DNA from: Octopus sinensis
Lineage: Eukaryota
NCBI RefSeq assembly: GCF_006345805.1
Contig: NW_021833714.1
Span: 1 to 64,000, forward strand
DNA: 64,000 nucleotides
Direction: 5' to 3'
Part shown: in pieces, positions 1-12,030 of the stretch
Position numbering within the stretch: position 1 is the stretch's first letter
Layout: each line of letters starts with the position of its first letter
The notes under the pieces: model-generated
The model's input: the letters and a program-made list of their open reading frames with translations, nothing else
The model's database searches: none
What the model was told of the DNA's origin: nothing
Position numbers and translations under genes: made by a program

Positions 1-448
1 ATGGAAAATGCGCATCAAGAGAACAGCTTCCTTCCTCTATTGAGCAAAGTAAAAAAAAAAGGTGTTTCCGCTAAAATTCATTAACAATAAAAGCCACAGT
101 TGCACCAACACTAACATCAACCCCAACAGCATCAGTAACAGCCTCGACAGCACTAAAACGGAAAGCGATACTGACGATAACATCAGCAGCATTACAAGAA
201 GCAGCGAAGACATTAATACTAACACTACTAACGCCAACACCTAACCCCATCGTCAAGACACACAACGAAAATAACAACAAAAACAACAGCAACAATAACA
301 ACAGCACCAAACCTCAACAACAACAAGATGATAATTAGTGAACCTCTATGTAATCATATATGATATGCTAGAAATATGAAGGATATCAACGTCTACAAAA
401 GCCAGTCTTTCTACATCTGTCACTTTGTCTCTTTCTTTTTACTATCCG

Positions 449-678
449 TTTCTTTATTACCCACAAGGGGCTACACACAGAGGAGACAAACAAGGACAGC
501 CAAACGGATTAAGTCGATTACATCGACCCCAGTGCGTAACTGGTACTTAATTTATCGACCCCGAAAGGATGAAAGGCAAAGTCGACCTCGGCGGAATTTG
601 AACTCAGAACGTAACGGCAGACGAAATACAGCTACGCATTTCGCCCGGCGTGCTAACGGTTCTGCCAGCTCGCCGCCT
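449..678 (-). mobile_element. tRNA-derived SINE, family A (full-length copy)
   Basis: Minus strand reads GGCGGCGAGCTGGCAGAA...GTTCTGAGTTCAAATTCCGCC (A/B-box-like head), core GTCGACTTTGCCTTTCATCCTTTCGGGGTCGATAAAT, tail ...CCCCTTGTGGGTAATAAAGAAA. Many near-identical copies elsewhere in the window. Confidence 0.9.
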
Positions 679-737
679 ATTCTTTTTACTATCTCTATAT
701 GTATGCATGCATACATGCTTACATATACATATATAGG

Positions 738-1095
738 GGCAGGTGTGGTTGTGTGCTAAGAATCTTGGGTCTCAACCACATGGGTCCAGATTCTGTCCTA
801 GTGCGTGACTCCTTGCGCACTTGACTTCTGTTATAGCCGTGGGTCGACCAAAGACTTGTGAGTGGATATGATAGACAGAAACTGAAAGAAGCCTGTCATA
901 TATGTAAGTTCGTGTGTGTATGTGCGTGTCTGTGTGTGGGCACACGCGCGTTCCGTGCCTGGGTTGGTGCCTCCCATCTCGGTTTCATAACAAATGTTAG
1001 TGCGTTTACGTCCCCGTAACTTAGCGGTTCGGCAAAATATAAGTCCTGGGGTCGATTCTTTCGACTGTGACCATGTTAAGTCATGGCCGCAATCT
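738..1095 (+). mobile_element. tRNA-derived SINE, family B (decayed)
   Basis: Matches the intact copies at 43960-44372 and 51575-52020 (GTGGTTGTGTG head, GAAACTGAAAGAAGCC, internal TA/TG tract, TTTACGTCCCCGTAACTTAGCGGTTCGGC). Confidence 0.8.
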
Positions 1096-1140
1096 AATAA
1101 TGCATATATACAAATATATATACATATATGTACATATATA

Positions 1141-1175
<35 letters not shown>

Positions 1176-1448
1176 ATAATATTATATATATATATATCAT
1201 ATTATATATATATATATAATTACAAAGATGTACTTGCATAGCAAGTGACCTGATCTGAAATCATGTGCTGAAACAAAACATAACACCTGCAGCGAGGAAG
1301 GCAGATGCATCACGGAATTTTGTCAGTGAACAGGTCGCAATCTCAAAGCGGCGAAAATATTTTGCAAATTATATTTAAATATTGAAATGAATCTAACGGA
1401 TTTTTGTGTGTTTTTAAATGTTTATAAAACAACCTTCCATGCTGCTAT

Positions 1449-1489
<41 letters not shown>

Positions 1490-1503
1490 TATAATATATA
1501 TAT

Positions 1504-1935
1504 ATCGTGAAGTATATTTGACACCTAAATGTGGCTAACCCTTAAGGGTTGATGTTACTGTAGCTTGTTTGTAACCCCAGAAAGACTTCTCCACCAGCTG
1601 GCCATTGACACACTATCTGTGTCCTATCAGTATTTGCAGAGGGAAGTCATCGTCCCCATCTCCGCCTGACGTGATACACACGGACACGAGTTTCAGGGTA
1701 TTGACCCGTCATCAGCGTGAGACAACCATCATTGCCGATGGGAAGTGATTCTCAGTGCAAATATAGATATATACTTTTCCTCGAAAAAGTGGAAACAAGC
1801 AATAATAAATCTCCGAGCGAAATATAAACAGTAGCTCTACGACATCGTGAAGTATATTTGCCACCTAAATGTGGCTAAAACTTAAGGGTTGGTGCTACTG
1901 CAGCTTGTAGCCCCAGGAAGAATTCTCCTCCAGCT
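1504..1935 (-). repeat. 340-nt partial tandem repeat carrying a hammerhead motif (retrozyme/Penelope pLTR-like)
   Basis: ATCGTGAAGTATATTTG(A/C)CACCTAAATGTGGCTAA starts at 1504 and again at 1844. Flanked by (TA)n on both sides. One hammerhead motif per unit. Confidence 0.7.
1679..1719 (-). ncRNA. Minimal type-I hammerhead ribozyme motif
   Basis: Minus strand: CACG-CTGATGA-C GGG tcaata CCC T-GAAAC-tcgt-GTC-CGTG. Stem I CACG/CGTG, stem II GGG/CCC (C-T mismatch at 10.1/11.1), 2-bp stem III, GUC triplet. Confidence 0.7.
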
Positions 1936-1973
1936 ACTTTTTATACCCAGGAAAACATATCCTCTAGTTACTG

Positions 1974-2015
<42 letters not shown>

Positions 2016-2192
2016 AAGAAGATTTGAAAATGCAAAGGTCTTTTAGAGATGTTTATTGAATTGACCGGTTTCACTTTTTTAGAAAAAGATTATCAAAAGT
2101 AAAATGTAAATCTTTGTATAAGCTTTGTTTCGTTAAAAAATGGTAATCACAAAAGTATTAAAATACAGTTACAGACTTTGATAACGAATGAG

Positions 2193-2225
<33 letters not shown>

Positions 2226-2230
<5 letters not shown>

Positions 2231-2539
2231 CTGTGGTGGTTAAGAGACTCGCTTTGCATCCTCCTGATTTCGGGTTCAGCCCCAAGCGCGGATCCTTGAT
2301 CAAGTGTCTTCTACTAGGTCTTACATCGAACAATCCGTTCGTAGACGGCAACTAGATATATATATAATATATATATAATATATATATATTATATATAGGA
2401 CTTGCTTCCACACAGTTACCGTCTACGAACGGATTGTTCGATGTAAGACCATAGTAGAAGACACTTGATCAAGGATCCGCTTTGGGCTGAACCCGAAATC
2501 AAGAGGATGCAAAGCGAGTCTCTTAACCACACAGCTATA
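2226..2539. repeat. Inverted duplication (foldback) of a SINE-B head
   Basis: 2226-2353 is the near-perfect reverse complement of 2414-2539. The spacer is mostly (TA)n. Confidence 0.85.
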
Positions 2540-2956
2540 CCTGAGCATATGTATCAATCTTGAACAATAGCAAAACACTTAGTGTTCCAATTTTAACATA
2601 TTTTAATGAAAGCCGCGCTTTCATTCGTCATTTTGAAAACCACATCTTTTAACTGTTCTCGTTCTTTGAGGTCACAACTTCCTCTGATATCTTCAGTCGC
2701 CATCTTTAAGCTGAGATACGCTTCTTTGTCACTTCCGCTCGCCAGGCTGATTCAATTTCATTGTTATGATAATACTGTCATTGCAATTATAATGTTAAAG
2801 AAACGAAGTAAAAATATTGATCATGAATAGCAAGCTGCGAAATCGAAGTATTTACATCTTTATTTTTCTATTTATTTATTTAGCATAAGTTGCTGGAGAC
2901 CACATTGGACAATGTAAATTTATAGATACGAAAATACATGATAAAAAATCTGTATT

Positions 2957-3004
<48 letters not shown>

Positions 3005-3154
3005 TACATACATATATATTATATTATATATTATATATATGTGGGTGTGTGTGTGTGTGTGTATGTATATATCGTATTATATATGTGTATGCAGGTATGC
3101 ATGTTGTGTGTGAGTACATATATATAATATGTGTGTGTATGTGTGTATATATAT

Positions 3155-3198
<44 letters not shown>

Positions 3199-3534
3199 AT
3201 ATATGTATATATATACCTATGTATAGATATATGGAATGAGGGAGAAAGATAGTAAGGCAAGCACACAGACAAATAGGTAGATTGATACATACGTACATAT
3301 ATATATACACATACATACATACATACATACATACATACATACATACATACATACATACATACATACATACATAGAGTGATGGAGAGAGAGAGGGAGAGAG
3401 GGAAGGGAGAGAATGGATCCAATTAGCACAAGAGATGCGGAATCGAATACCGATCGATATATCTTTGAGCATTTACGCGCTCATAGGTGTGTATTTGTGT
3501 GTATATGTTTGTACGCACATGTAACTCTTACTTA

Positions 3535-3748
3535 TTGTGGAACAGAATACATACATACATACATACATACATACATACGTATATACGTACATACATACAT
3601 ACATACATATATACGTATATACGTACATACATACATACATACATATATACATACATACATACACACACATACATACATACATACATACATACATACATAC
3701 ATACATACATACACACACACACATACATACATACATACATACATACAC

Positions 3749-3779
<31 letters not shown>

Positions 3780-3817
3780 TACATACATACATACATACAT
3801 ACACACACATACATACA

Positions 3818-3851
<34 letters not shown>

Positions 3852-4017
3852 CATACATACATACATACGTATATACGTACATACATACATACATACATAC
3901 ATACATACATACACACATACATCCATACACACGCACACACATACATACATACATACATACATACATACATACATACATACATACATACATACATACATAC
4001 ATACATACATACATACA
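3535..4017. repeat. (TACA)n/(CA)n compound microsatellite
   Basis: Direct inspection. It produces the HTYI/MYVC pseudo-ORFs. Confidence 0.95.
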
Positions 4018-4443
4018 CAAGAATGCGTTGGGAGTCTATGAAGAAAATGACAGGAAAAAGGCAGACGAAATTCCAATTCTTTTGCGTATGAGTATGTATG
4101 CACGTCCTTAGAACGTGTGCGTATTTACTGAGACCAAAGAGGAATGAAATAGCCGATAATGGCCATTATATGTGAGAATGCATATATTAATAGGAATACA
4201 TGCGTGTGCGCGCACGAATGTCTAGGAGCGCCTGCGTGTCCGTGTGTGTATGTGTGTGTGTGTGAACGCGTGTCTATGTGTGTGTGTGCAAATATGTGTG
4301 CGCAAAATTACTCATGAATGTCCATATAGCCCCTTCAGCATACGTACATACATATATATACATATATACATACATATATATGCATGTATTCTGTATCTAT
4401 ATCTATATCTATCTATCAACCTATCTCTCTATCTATCTATCTA

Positions 4444-4475
<32 letters not shown>

Positions 4476-4580
4476 TGTGTGTGTGTATATATGCATACAC
4501 ATATATATATAGTATGTATATATACATATACACACATGTATATATACATGCATATATATATATATATATATATAATGTAT

Positions 4581-4638
<58 letters not shown>

Positions 4639-4679
4639 GCATATATATGCACTAATATATTGCACACATGTGTCTGCAT

Positions 4680-4727
<48 letters not shown>

Positions 4728-5110
4728 GTACATATGTATATATGTATGTATATGTGTGTGTTTGTGTGTGTTTGTGTAATATACGAGCAGTCATCAATAG
4801 ACATCTATCTGTGTAGAGTGCAAAAGACAGTTAAAGGTTAAATGGAACGAGCCTTATAAAGACACACGCGCACACTCACACACGCACACACACACACACA
4901 CACAATCACATATATGCACATATCCACCCAACACCCACATACATGCCTAAAAGCATACATACATGTACATATATGTATGCATGTATGTATGCATGTATTT
5001 TCAGAATACCTAAACAGGGAATAGACGACTTGCGGCGTTCTGAAGATCTTCACTTTAGTGCTATAAAAAAATCGTGCTACTCAGATTAGGCGAGATTCTC
5101 TCTCTCTCTC

Positions 5111-5200
<90 letters not shown>

Positions 5201-5339
5201 CTTTCTATCCACCTATCGCATCTAATATAGCTATCTATCTATCTATCGAATATTCTATCTATCTATCTATCGATCTCTATCTCGATCTTTCTATCAACCT
5301 ATCTACACTATAATATTATCTATCTGTCTATATAACTAC

Positions 5340-5416
5340 TTGCATATCAAATTATACCCTATCTATATGTTACATCTGTCTATCTACCTATCTATCTATC
5401 TATCTATCTATCATCC

Positions 5417-5449
<33 letters not shown>

Positions 5450-5508
5450 CCTATGTATCTGTCACCCTATCTATCTATCTATCTATCTATGTGTGTGTGT
5501 GTGTCTGA

Positions 5509-5571
<63 letters not shown>

Positions 5572-5625
5572 CTGTCTGTCTGTCTGTCAGTCTGTCTATC
5601 TATCTATCAATCTATATTATCTAAT

Positions 5626-5709
<84 letters not shown>

Positions 5710-5710
5710 C
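5340..5710. repeat. (TATC)n followed by (GATA)n microsatellite (self-complementary pair)
   Basis: Direct inspection. Confidence 0.9.
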
Positions 5711-6383
5711 TGATGGCAGTTTTCAATCTTGATTAAAAATACTCGTCGAAAGGAGAAGGGTTCGGTTTGGTGGGATCAATCTTCAGGGGAAGAAGGTCAA
5801 AATAACTCCAATGCAAATAGAAGTTAGAAATAGTTTAATAATCTAAATATAGGTGACAGCGTCCGTTCATGGACGATGAAAACGAACGAGTAATTTAAAT
5901 TCCAGTTGTCTTAACTCTCTCTCTCTCTCCCTCGTTTTCTCTCTGATGCACATACTATCTCTCACTCTCTCTCTCTCTCACTATTCCTCTTTCACACTTT
6001 CTCTCGCATTTTGCCTTTTATGCATGCCTCTGAATTATTCCAATTTGGACTTTAAAAGAAAGCTATTTTAGTCAACATCCTGCATGTAGTGTATAAAATT
6101 TGCATACATTATGCAAATCTTAAATCTTTTGGGAAATCAATAATATAGAGACGGAAATTTTCTCTTGGTTTTGATATTCATTATATCTTTCTATCGGTGC
6201 AATTGGACAGTTTCCGGTTATTTATGCAGTGTTGCAGTTATGCAATCGCCATTGCATTGTGCTGTACTGCTTGAGTAACTGTAAAGTGCAAAGCTTCATC
6301 CTCGCCACAAGCAGCAACAAACCTTTACCAATTCCCTATCCAAACAACCATTATACTTCCTCTTTTATAAATACACATTATAT

Positions 6384-6427
<44 letters not shown>

Positions 6428-6681
6428 GCGAGTATATGTACATGTAGAGGTAGGTACGTACATATATGTTTATATATATGCATATGTTTTATTTCATTTA
6501 TTAATATATATATATATATATACACATACATACATACATGCATATATATGTGTGTATATATATATATATATAGTTCTTCTGTCATGGAGAACGGCATGAC
6601 GCTAAAGAAATATTTTCGTTTTTGCTAAAGGACTTGCCCAAGATACACTCATTATTGGTATATGTATATAATGTATGTATG

Positions 6682-6728
<47 letters not shown>

Positions 6729-6821
6729 ATATATATATAATATATATATATATGATAATATATTATATATATATCATACCTACATACATACACATATATC
6801 TATATACATATATAGTAATTC

Positions 6822-6852
<31 letters not shown>

Positions 6853-7573
6853 TATACGTATATACACATATGTGCATTCATACGTATATACATTTATGTA
6901 TATATATATATATGTGTGTGTATGTATACACGCACATATATAATATACATAAATAGTTTAGCGTTATGGAAATACACTAATGTAATATTGCGGCATTTGC
7001 TAAAAGGCCTGCCAAGAATGTTTGTGTGTGTGTGTGTGTGCGTGTGTGTGTGCGTGTGCGTGTGTGCAGGTATGCGTATATGTATATACAATAAGCTATA
7101 GTGTAAATATTGATTACATCTCAATTCCGGCATTGTTGTTGCTTTTATGGTTCTTCTTCTTCTTCTTCTTCTTCTTCTTCTTCTTCTTCTTCTTCTTCTT
7201 CTTCTTCTTCTTCCTCCTCCTCCTCCTCCTCCTCCGCAATACTACTGACATCGCCATGGACGTCGTAGATAATGCGCATCCCGGATCTGCTTTCATCTAA
7301 TAGATCAATGGCGGGTTTTAACCATAGAGTCGGCCGAATGTTAGGGGTTCCTGCTTAGCGGTTAGGGTATTCCGGCTCATGACCGCAAGTTGCGTGAGTT
7401 CAATTCCATGAGCAAGACACTTAATTTCACGTTGCTCCAATCCACCCAGCAACAAACAATGAGCAGTGGCACAAACACTCACGCTCACACACACTCTCTG
7501 GGCGGGCCTGTTTCTCTTTGCGTTTGAGGGGAGAGAATATATTTATGCCAATCGTGTGCAATTAATATGGTGT

Positions 7574-7607
<34 letters not shown>

Positions 7608-8233
7608 TCTATCTACCTGTATACTTCTGCGCGTGCGCAATGGTATGAGTTTGCCTGCAGCCCCGAAATTACCGTCGTCAAAACAGACTAAATGTCCAGT
7701 CAGCCAGTCAGATCTTCCAATGGATGTTATAGTTGACCCCTTTTTTCTTTTAAGGACCATATATTTATTCCATCGATCTCTTTTGCTGAGGTCGTAAACA
7801 AACTAACAGCTGTGGTCAAACTGTGGACGAGGGGTAGCAAACAGAGACACAATGGCATACTATAAACATATATATTTATGTATATGTAAAAAGGGATTCC
7901 TTACAGTTTCCGTCTACTCACAATGCATTAGTTCGTAAGCTATGGTAAAAGACTATAGTCAGTTAGTCTAGTTAGTTAGACTATCGTAGAAGAGTATAGT
8001 CAGTTCGGAAGCTATAGTAGAAGACACTTGTCCCCGGTGCGCGCGCAGTGGTTGGAGCTGAACCCGAGACGTAGTGGTTGCAAAGCTATTTTCTTAACCA
8101 CACAGAGAGACATGCCTTTAAAATGAAAAAAATAAAAAGCAATAACGGGCCGGTCACATCTTGAATCTAGTTACTATTAGAATTTTGATCGTAAAGAATG
8201 AACCTGTATTTAAACAGACAATCGACAACTTCA

Positions 8234-8268
<35 letters not shown>

Positions 8269-8698
8269 CACTGTTGTAACAGCTTGTCCCCTTGACATGG
8301 TCGGAATGTATGCAGAAATCTTGATGTTTGTATGGCAACAGCTGTTCATATTGGATTCATATGACGTCCTGCCGTGTTTCAGTGTATATCAGAAATGAAC
8401 AAAGATTTTTTTTTTATTGCTGCCTTTCTTTCTCTCTCTTTCTCACTCTCTTTCTTCCTGTATATACATATTTGTCAGGTGGTGCATGGGTGATGGTGTA
8501 CGTGTGTCTGTGTGTTTGTGTGTGTGAGTGTGCTTACAGATACACACGCGTATACACATACATAACACACACACACAGACAGACGTAGAATGTATCAATC
8601 GAAAACGAAGTCTTTTAAGCGGTGACAAAAGAAAACCTGGATTTCATATAAAGAGCCAAACTCAACTTCGCGTGTACGCTGTATATTCATTGCTTTCA

Positions 8699-8928
8699 AG
8701 GCGGCGAGCTGGCAGAAACGTTAGCACGTCGAGCGAAATGCTTAGCGGTATTTCGTCTGCGTTACGTCGTGAGTTCAAATTCCGCCAAGGTCGACTTTGC
8801 CTTTCATCCTTTCGGGGGTCGATAAATAAAGTACCAGTTTCGCACTGGGGTCAATGTAATTGACTTACTCCCTTTGTCTGTCCTTGTTTGTCCCCTCTAT
8901 GTTTAGCCCCTTGTGAGCAGCAAAGATA
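8699..8928 (+). mobile_element. SINE family A
   Basis: GGCGGCGAGCTGGCAGAAACGTTAGC head through the CCCCTTGTG...AAAGA tail. Confidence 0.9.
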
Positions 8929-9207
8929 TATATATTCATTGCTTTATCCGATTTAGAATTTGAAACCAAATACATACAAACACGGTCGTAGCCTAAAGGG
9001 CGGAAGTATGAAGCAATAAAAACTGAGAGTTCTGTAATTTCTTGCTAAACCACCACACGAATGCTTTGTTTATAGTGATCAAATGCTTGTGTTTGCATAC
9101 GTTCACTCCCCCTCCATCAAACCGACACACATACACACACTCACTCACACACACACAAACACACACACACCACACACACACATGTATATATATATATATA
9201 TATATAT

Positions 9208-9524
9208 AAAGGAAATGAAGAAAATGCTGACAAAATAATTTAAGTAAGGGAGAGTGTATTTAATTAGGTGAAAGTTCTTTTTACCGGTTGCGCATTTGTT
9301 ATGCTTATCAAAAGATATTTTTTAAAGAGAGATAGAGTTACTTTCTGATAGATTTTTTTCTCTCGGATAAGAAAAAAAATCTATCAGAAAGGAACTCTAT
9401 CTCTCTTTAAAAAATATCTTTTGATAAGCATAACAAATGCGCAACCGGTAAAAAGAACTTTCACCTAATTAAATACACTCTCCCTTACTTAAATTATTTT
9501 GTCAGCATTTTCTTCATTTCCTTT
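9208..9524. repeat. Foldback palindrome, ~154-bp arms, 8-nt loop
   Basis: 9208-9361 is the reverse complement of 9370-9524 with about 2-3 differences; loop CTCGGATA. Embedded between (TA)n tracts. Confidence 0.9.
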
Positions 9525-9564
9525 TTTATATATCACAACTCGTGTTCCACATCTTTTTTAAATA

Positions 9565-9634
<70 letters not shown>

Positions 9635-10120
9635 TATATAATATACATTTACATCTAATATAGGATAAGATTTTTCGAAAAAACTTTTATCAATGGCCAG
9701 CATATTAAAACATACCTTTAAAGGTTAAATTTATAAACTACTTATAAACAAGGGCAAAAGAAAAAATTTCTAATGCCAAATATGCCGAAAATTGGACATA
9801 TTGTCCATAACCATATAATTTATCACAATAAGCACGTTACTCGAAGAAAGCCGACAGAAATTTCTAAAAAATTTCGTTATTACCATATCAGACCCGATTT
9901 CAGAGTTTTGAAAAAAATTTTATAAATAGCCAGCATATTAAAAAATACCTTTAAAGGTTAAATTTATAAACTACTTATAAACAAGGGCAAAAAAAAAAAA
10001 ATTTCTAATGCCAAATATGCCGAAAATTGGACATATTGTCCATAACCATATAATTTATCACAATAAGCACGTTACTCGAAGAAAGCCGACAGAAATTTCT
10101 AAAAAATTCCGTTATTACCA

Positions 10121-10174
10121 TATCAGACCCGATTTCAGAGTTAGTTCATAAGAACCTTCCCTTCGTCAGTGATA
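10121..10174 (-). ncRNA. Type-I hammerhead ribozyme motif (copy 1)
   Basis: Minus strand: TATCA-CTGACGA-AGGG aag GTTC ttat GAAC taa CTCT-GAAAT-cgg-GTC-TGATA. Stem I 5 bp perfect, stem II AGGG/CTCT plus GTTC/GAAC, minimal stem III, GUC triplet. Confidence 0.8.
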
Positions 10175-10595
10175 AATGTGGCAAAGAAATAAATGAAATA
10201 CTTACTTATACCCATGGAAGAAGCAAACACTAAGTCCTGAGCACCAATAAGTACCCCAAAAATATCCAAAATAGAAATTCACCAGCCCATTCGAGCACGT
10301 GCGATTCGAACTGAAAGTCTCACAGAGTGAGAGAGTCCGGAAGTGAATACTATTAAATTTACATCTAATGTAGGATAAAATTTTTTGAAAAAAATTTTAT
10401 CAATGGCCAGCATATTAAAAAATACCTTTAAAGGTTAAATTTATAAACAACTTATAGACAAGGGCAAAAGAAACAATTTCTAATGCCAAATATGCTGAAA
10501 CTAGACACATTGTCCAGAAACATATAATTTATCACAATAAACACGTTACTCGAAGAAAGCCGACAGAAATTTCTAAAAAAATTCTGTTATTACCA

Positions 10596-10649
10596 TATCA
10601 GACCCGATTTCAGAGTTAGTTCATAAGAACCTTCCCTTCGTCAGTGATA
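10596..10649 (-). ncRNA. Type-I hammerhead ribozyme motif (copy 2)
   Basis: Identical motif sequence to 10121-10174, 475 nt away, although the flanks of the two units differ by several substitutions. Confidence 0.8.
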
Positions 10650-10767
10650 AATGCGGCAAAGAAATAAATGAAATACTTACTTATACCCATGGAAGAAGCA
10701 AACACTAAGTCATGAGCACAATTCTTATGATAATAATAATGATAGCAATAACAATAATGAGAATAAC

Positions 10768-10816
<49 letters not shown>

Positions 10817-10873
10817 GGAGAGGGAGGAGCAGGAGCAAGAGAGGGAGGTTACTTAATATGATGATGGTGATGG

Positions 10874-10909
<36 letters not shown>

Positions 10910-11214
10910 GGAGGAGGAGGAGGAGGAGGAGGAGTATGACGATGCTCATGACAAAGACGACAATGGCAATAGTAATAATGTTCATCAGCGTCATCAGCGT
11001 CGTCGTCGTCGTCATCGTTGTCGTCGTCTTCGTAAATGTAGCAAGATCGATAGTCGAAGCATTATTTGCAGTAATTCATTAAAAGTCAATGGTGCCACTC
11101 ATCAGTGCAGTGTAGTGGTGGCGGTGGGGAGACCATTTGACAGGTTACAGAAAGCAATTAATGACAGAAGGTAATAGGAACAGTGAAGGAATGAGAGAGT
11201 GTGGGGAGGGGGTG

Positions 11215-12030
11215 TGAATGAGTGAGAGAGTGAGTGTGAGCTCATTGAGGGAGGAGAGAAGGGTAAGGAGTTAGTGAGTGCATGAGTGTGTGAGTGAGTG
11301 AGTGAGTGAGTGAGTAGGTGAGTGAGCGACAGAGTGAGTTCATTGAGGGAGGTGGGAGGGGTTGGGAGTGAGTGAGTGAGTGAGTGAGTTAGTGAGTGAG
11401 TGATGAGTGAGTTAATGAGTGAGGGAGTGAGTGAGTTAATGAGTGAGTGACAGAGTGACAGAGTGAGTTCATTGAGGGATGAAGGAGGGGTTGGGAGTGA
11501 GTGAGTGAATAAGTAAGTGATTGAGTGAGTGAGTTAGTGAGTGCGTGAGTGAATGAGTGAGTGAGTGAGTGAGTGAGTGAGTGAGTGAGTGAGTGAGTTA
11601 ATGAGTGTGTGAGTGAGAGAGTGACAGAGTGAATTCATTGAGGGAGGAGGGAGGGGTTGGAAGTGAGTGAGTGTGTGAATAAGTGAGTGATTGAGGGAAT
11701 GATTGAGTGAGTGAGTGAGTGAGTGAGTGAGTTCATTGAGGGAGGAGGGAGGGGTAGCGAGTGAGTGAGAGAGAGAGTGATATTGTGAATTCATTGAGGG
11801 AGGAGGGAGGGGTAGCGAGTGAGTGAGTGTGTGAATAAGTGAGTGAATGAGTGAGTGAGTGACAGAGTGACAGAGTGAGTTCATTGAGGAAGGAGGGAGA
11901 GGTTGGGAATGAGTGAGTGTGTGAATAAGTGAGTGAATGCATGAGTGAGTGAGTGAGTGAGTGAGTGATAGTGTGAGTTCATTGAGGGAGGAGGGATGGG
12001 GAGGGAGGGAGGGAGGGAGTGTATGTTGAA
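11215..12030. repeat. Complex (GAGT)n minisatellite with recurring TTCATTGAGGGAGGAGGGAGGGG blocks
   Basis: About 9 recurrences of the G-rich block separated by (GAGT)n and GACAGAGT runs. Confidence 0.85.

Larger units (their letters stand above)
9648..10720 (-). repeat. 475-nt tandem repeat (about 2.5 units, first unit internally deleted) with one hammerhead per unit; retrozyme-like
   Basis: Units share TTTACATCTAAT(A/G)TAGGATAA...CATATCAGACCCGATTTCAGAG. The motif starts at 9886 (truncated), 10121 and 10596. Confidence 0.85.

Noticed and set aside
171-177. CTGACGA hammerhead-like word
   Set aside because: No stem II, GAAA or closing stems; lies in degenerate (AAC)n sequence.
2938-7300. Dozens of long ORFs (YIYI, HTHT, MYVC, LSIY, poly-F/K)
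   Set aside because: They are translations of (TA)n, (CA)n, (TACA)n, (TATC)n and (CTT)n microsatellites. The same applies to similar ORFs throughout the window.
8283-8398. Protein-like frame LDMVGMYAEILMFVWQQLFILDSYDVLPCF
   Set aside because: Short, no convincing donor, no recognised family; compatible with chance.
11099-11105. CTGATGA on the minus strand
   Set aside because: No properly placed GAAA or stem I partner.
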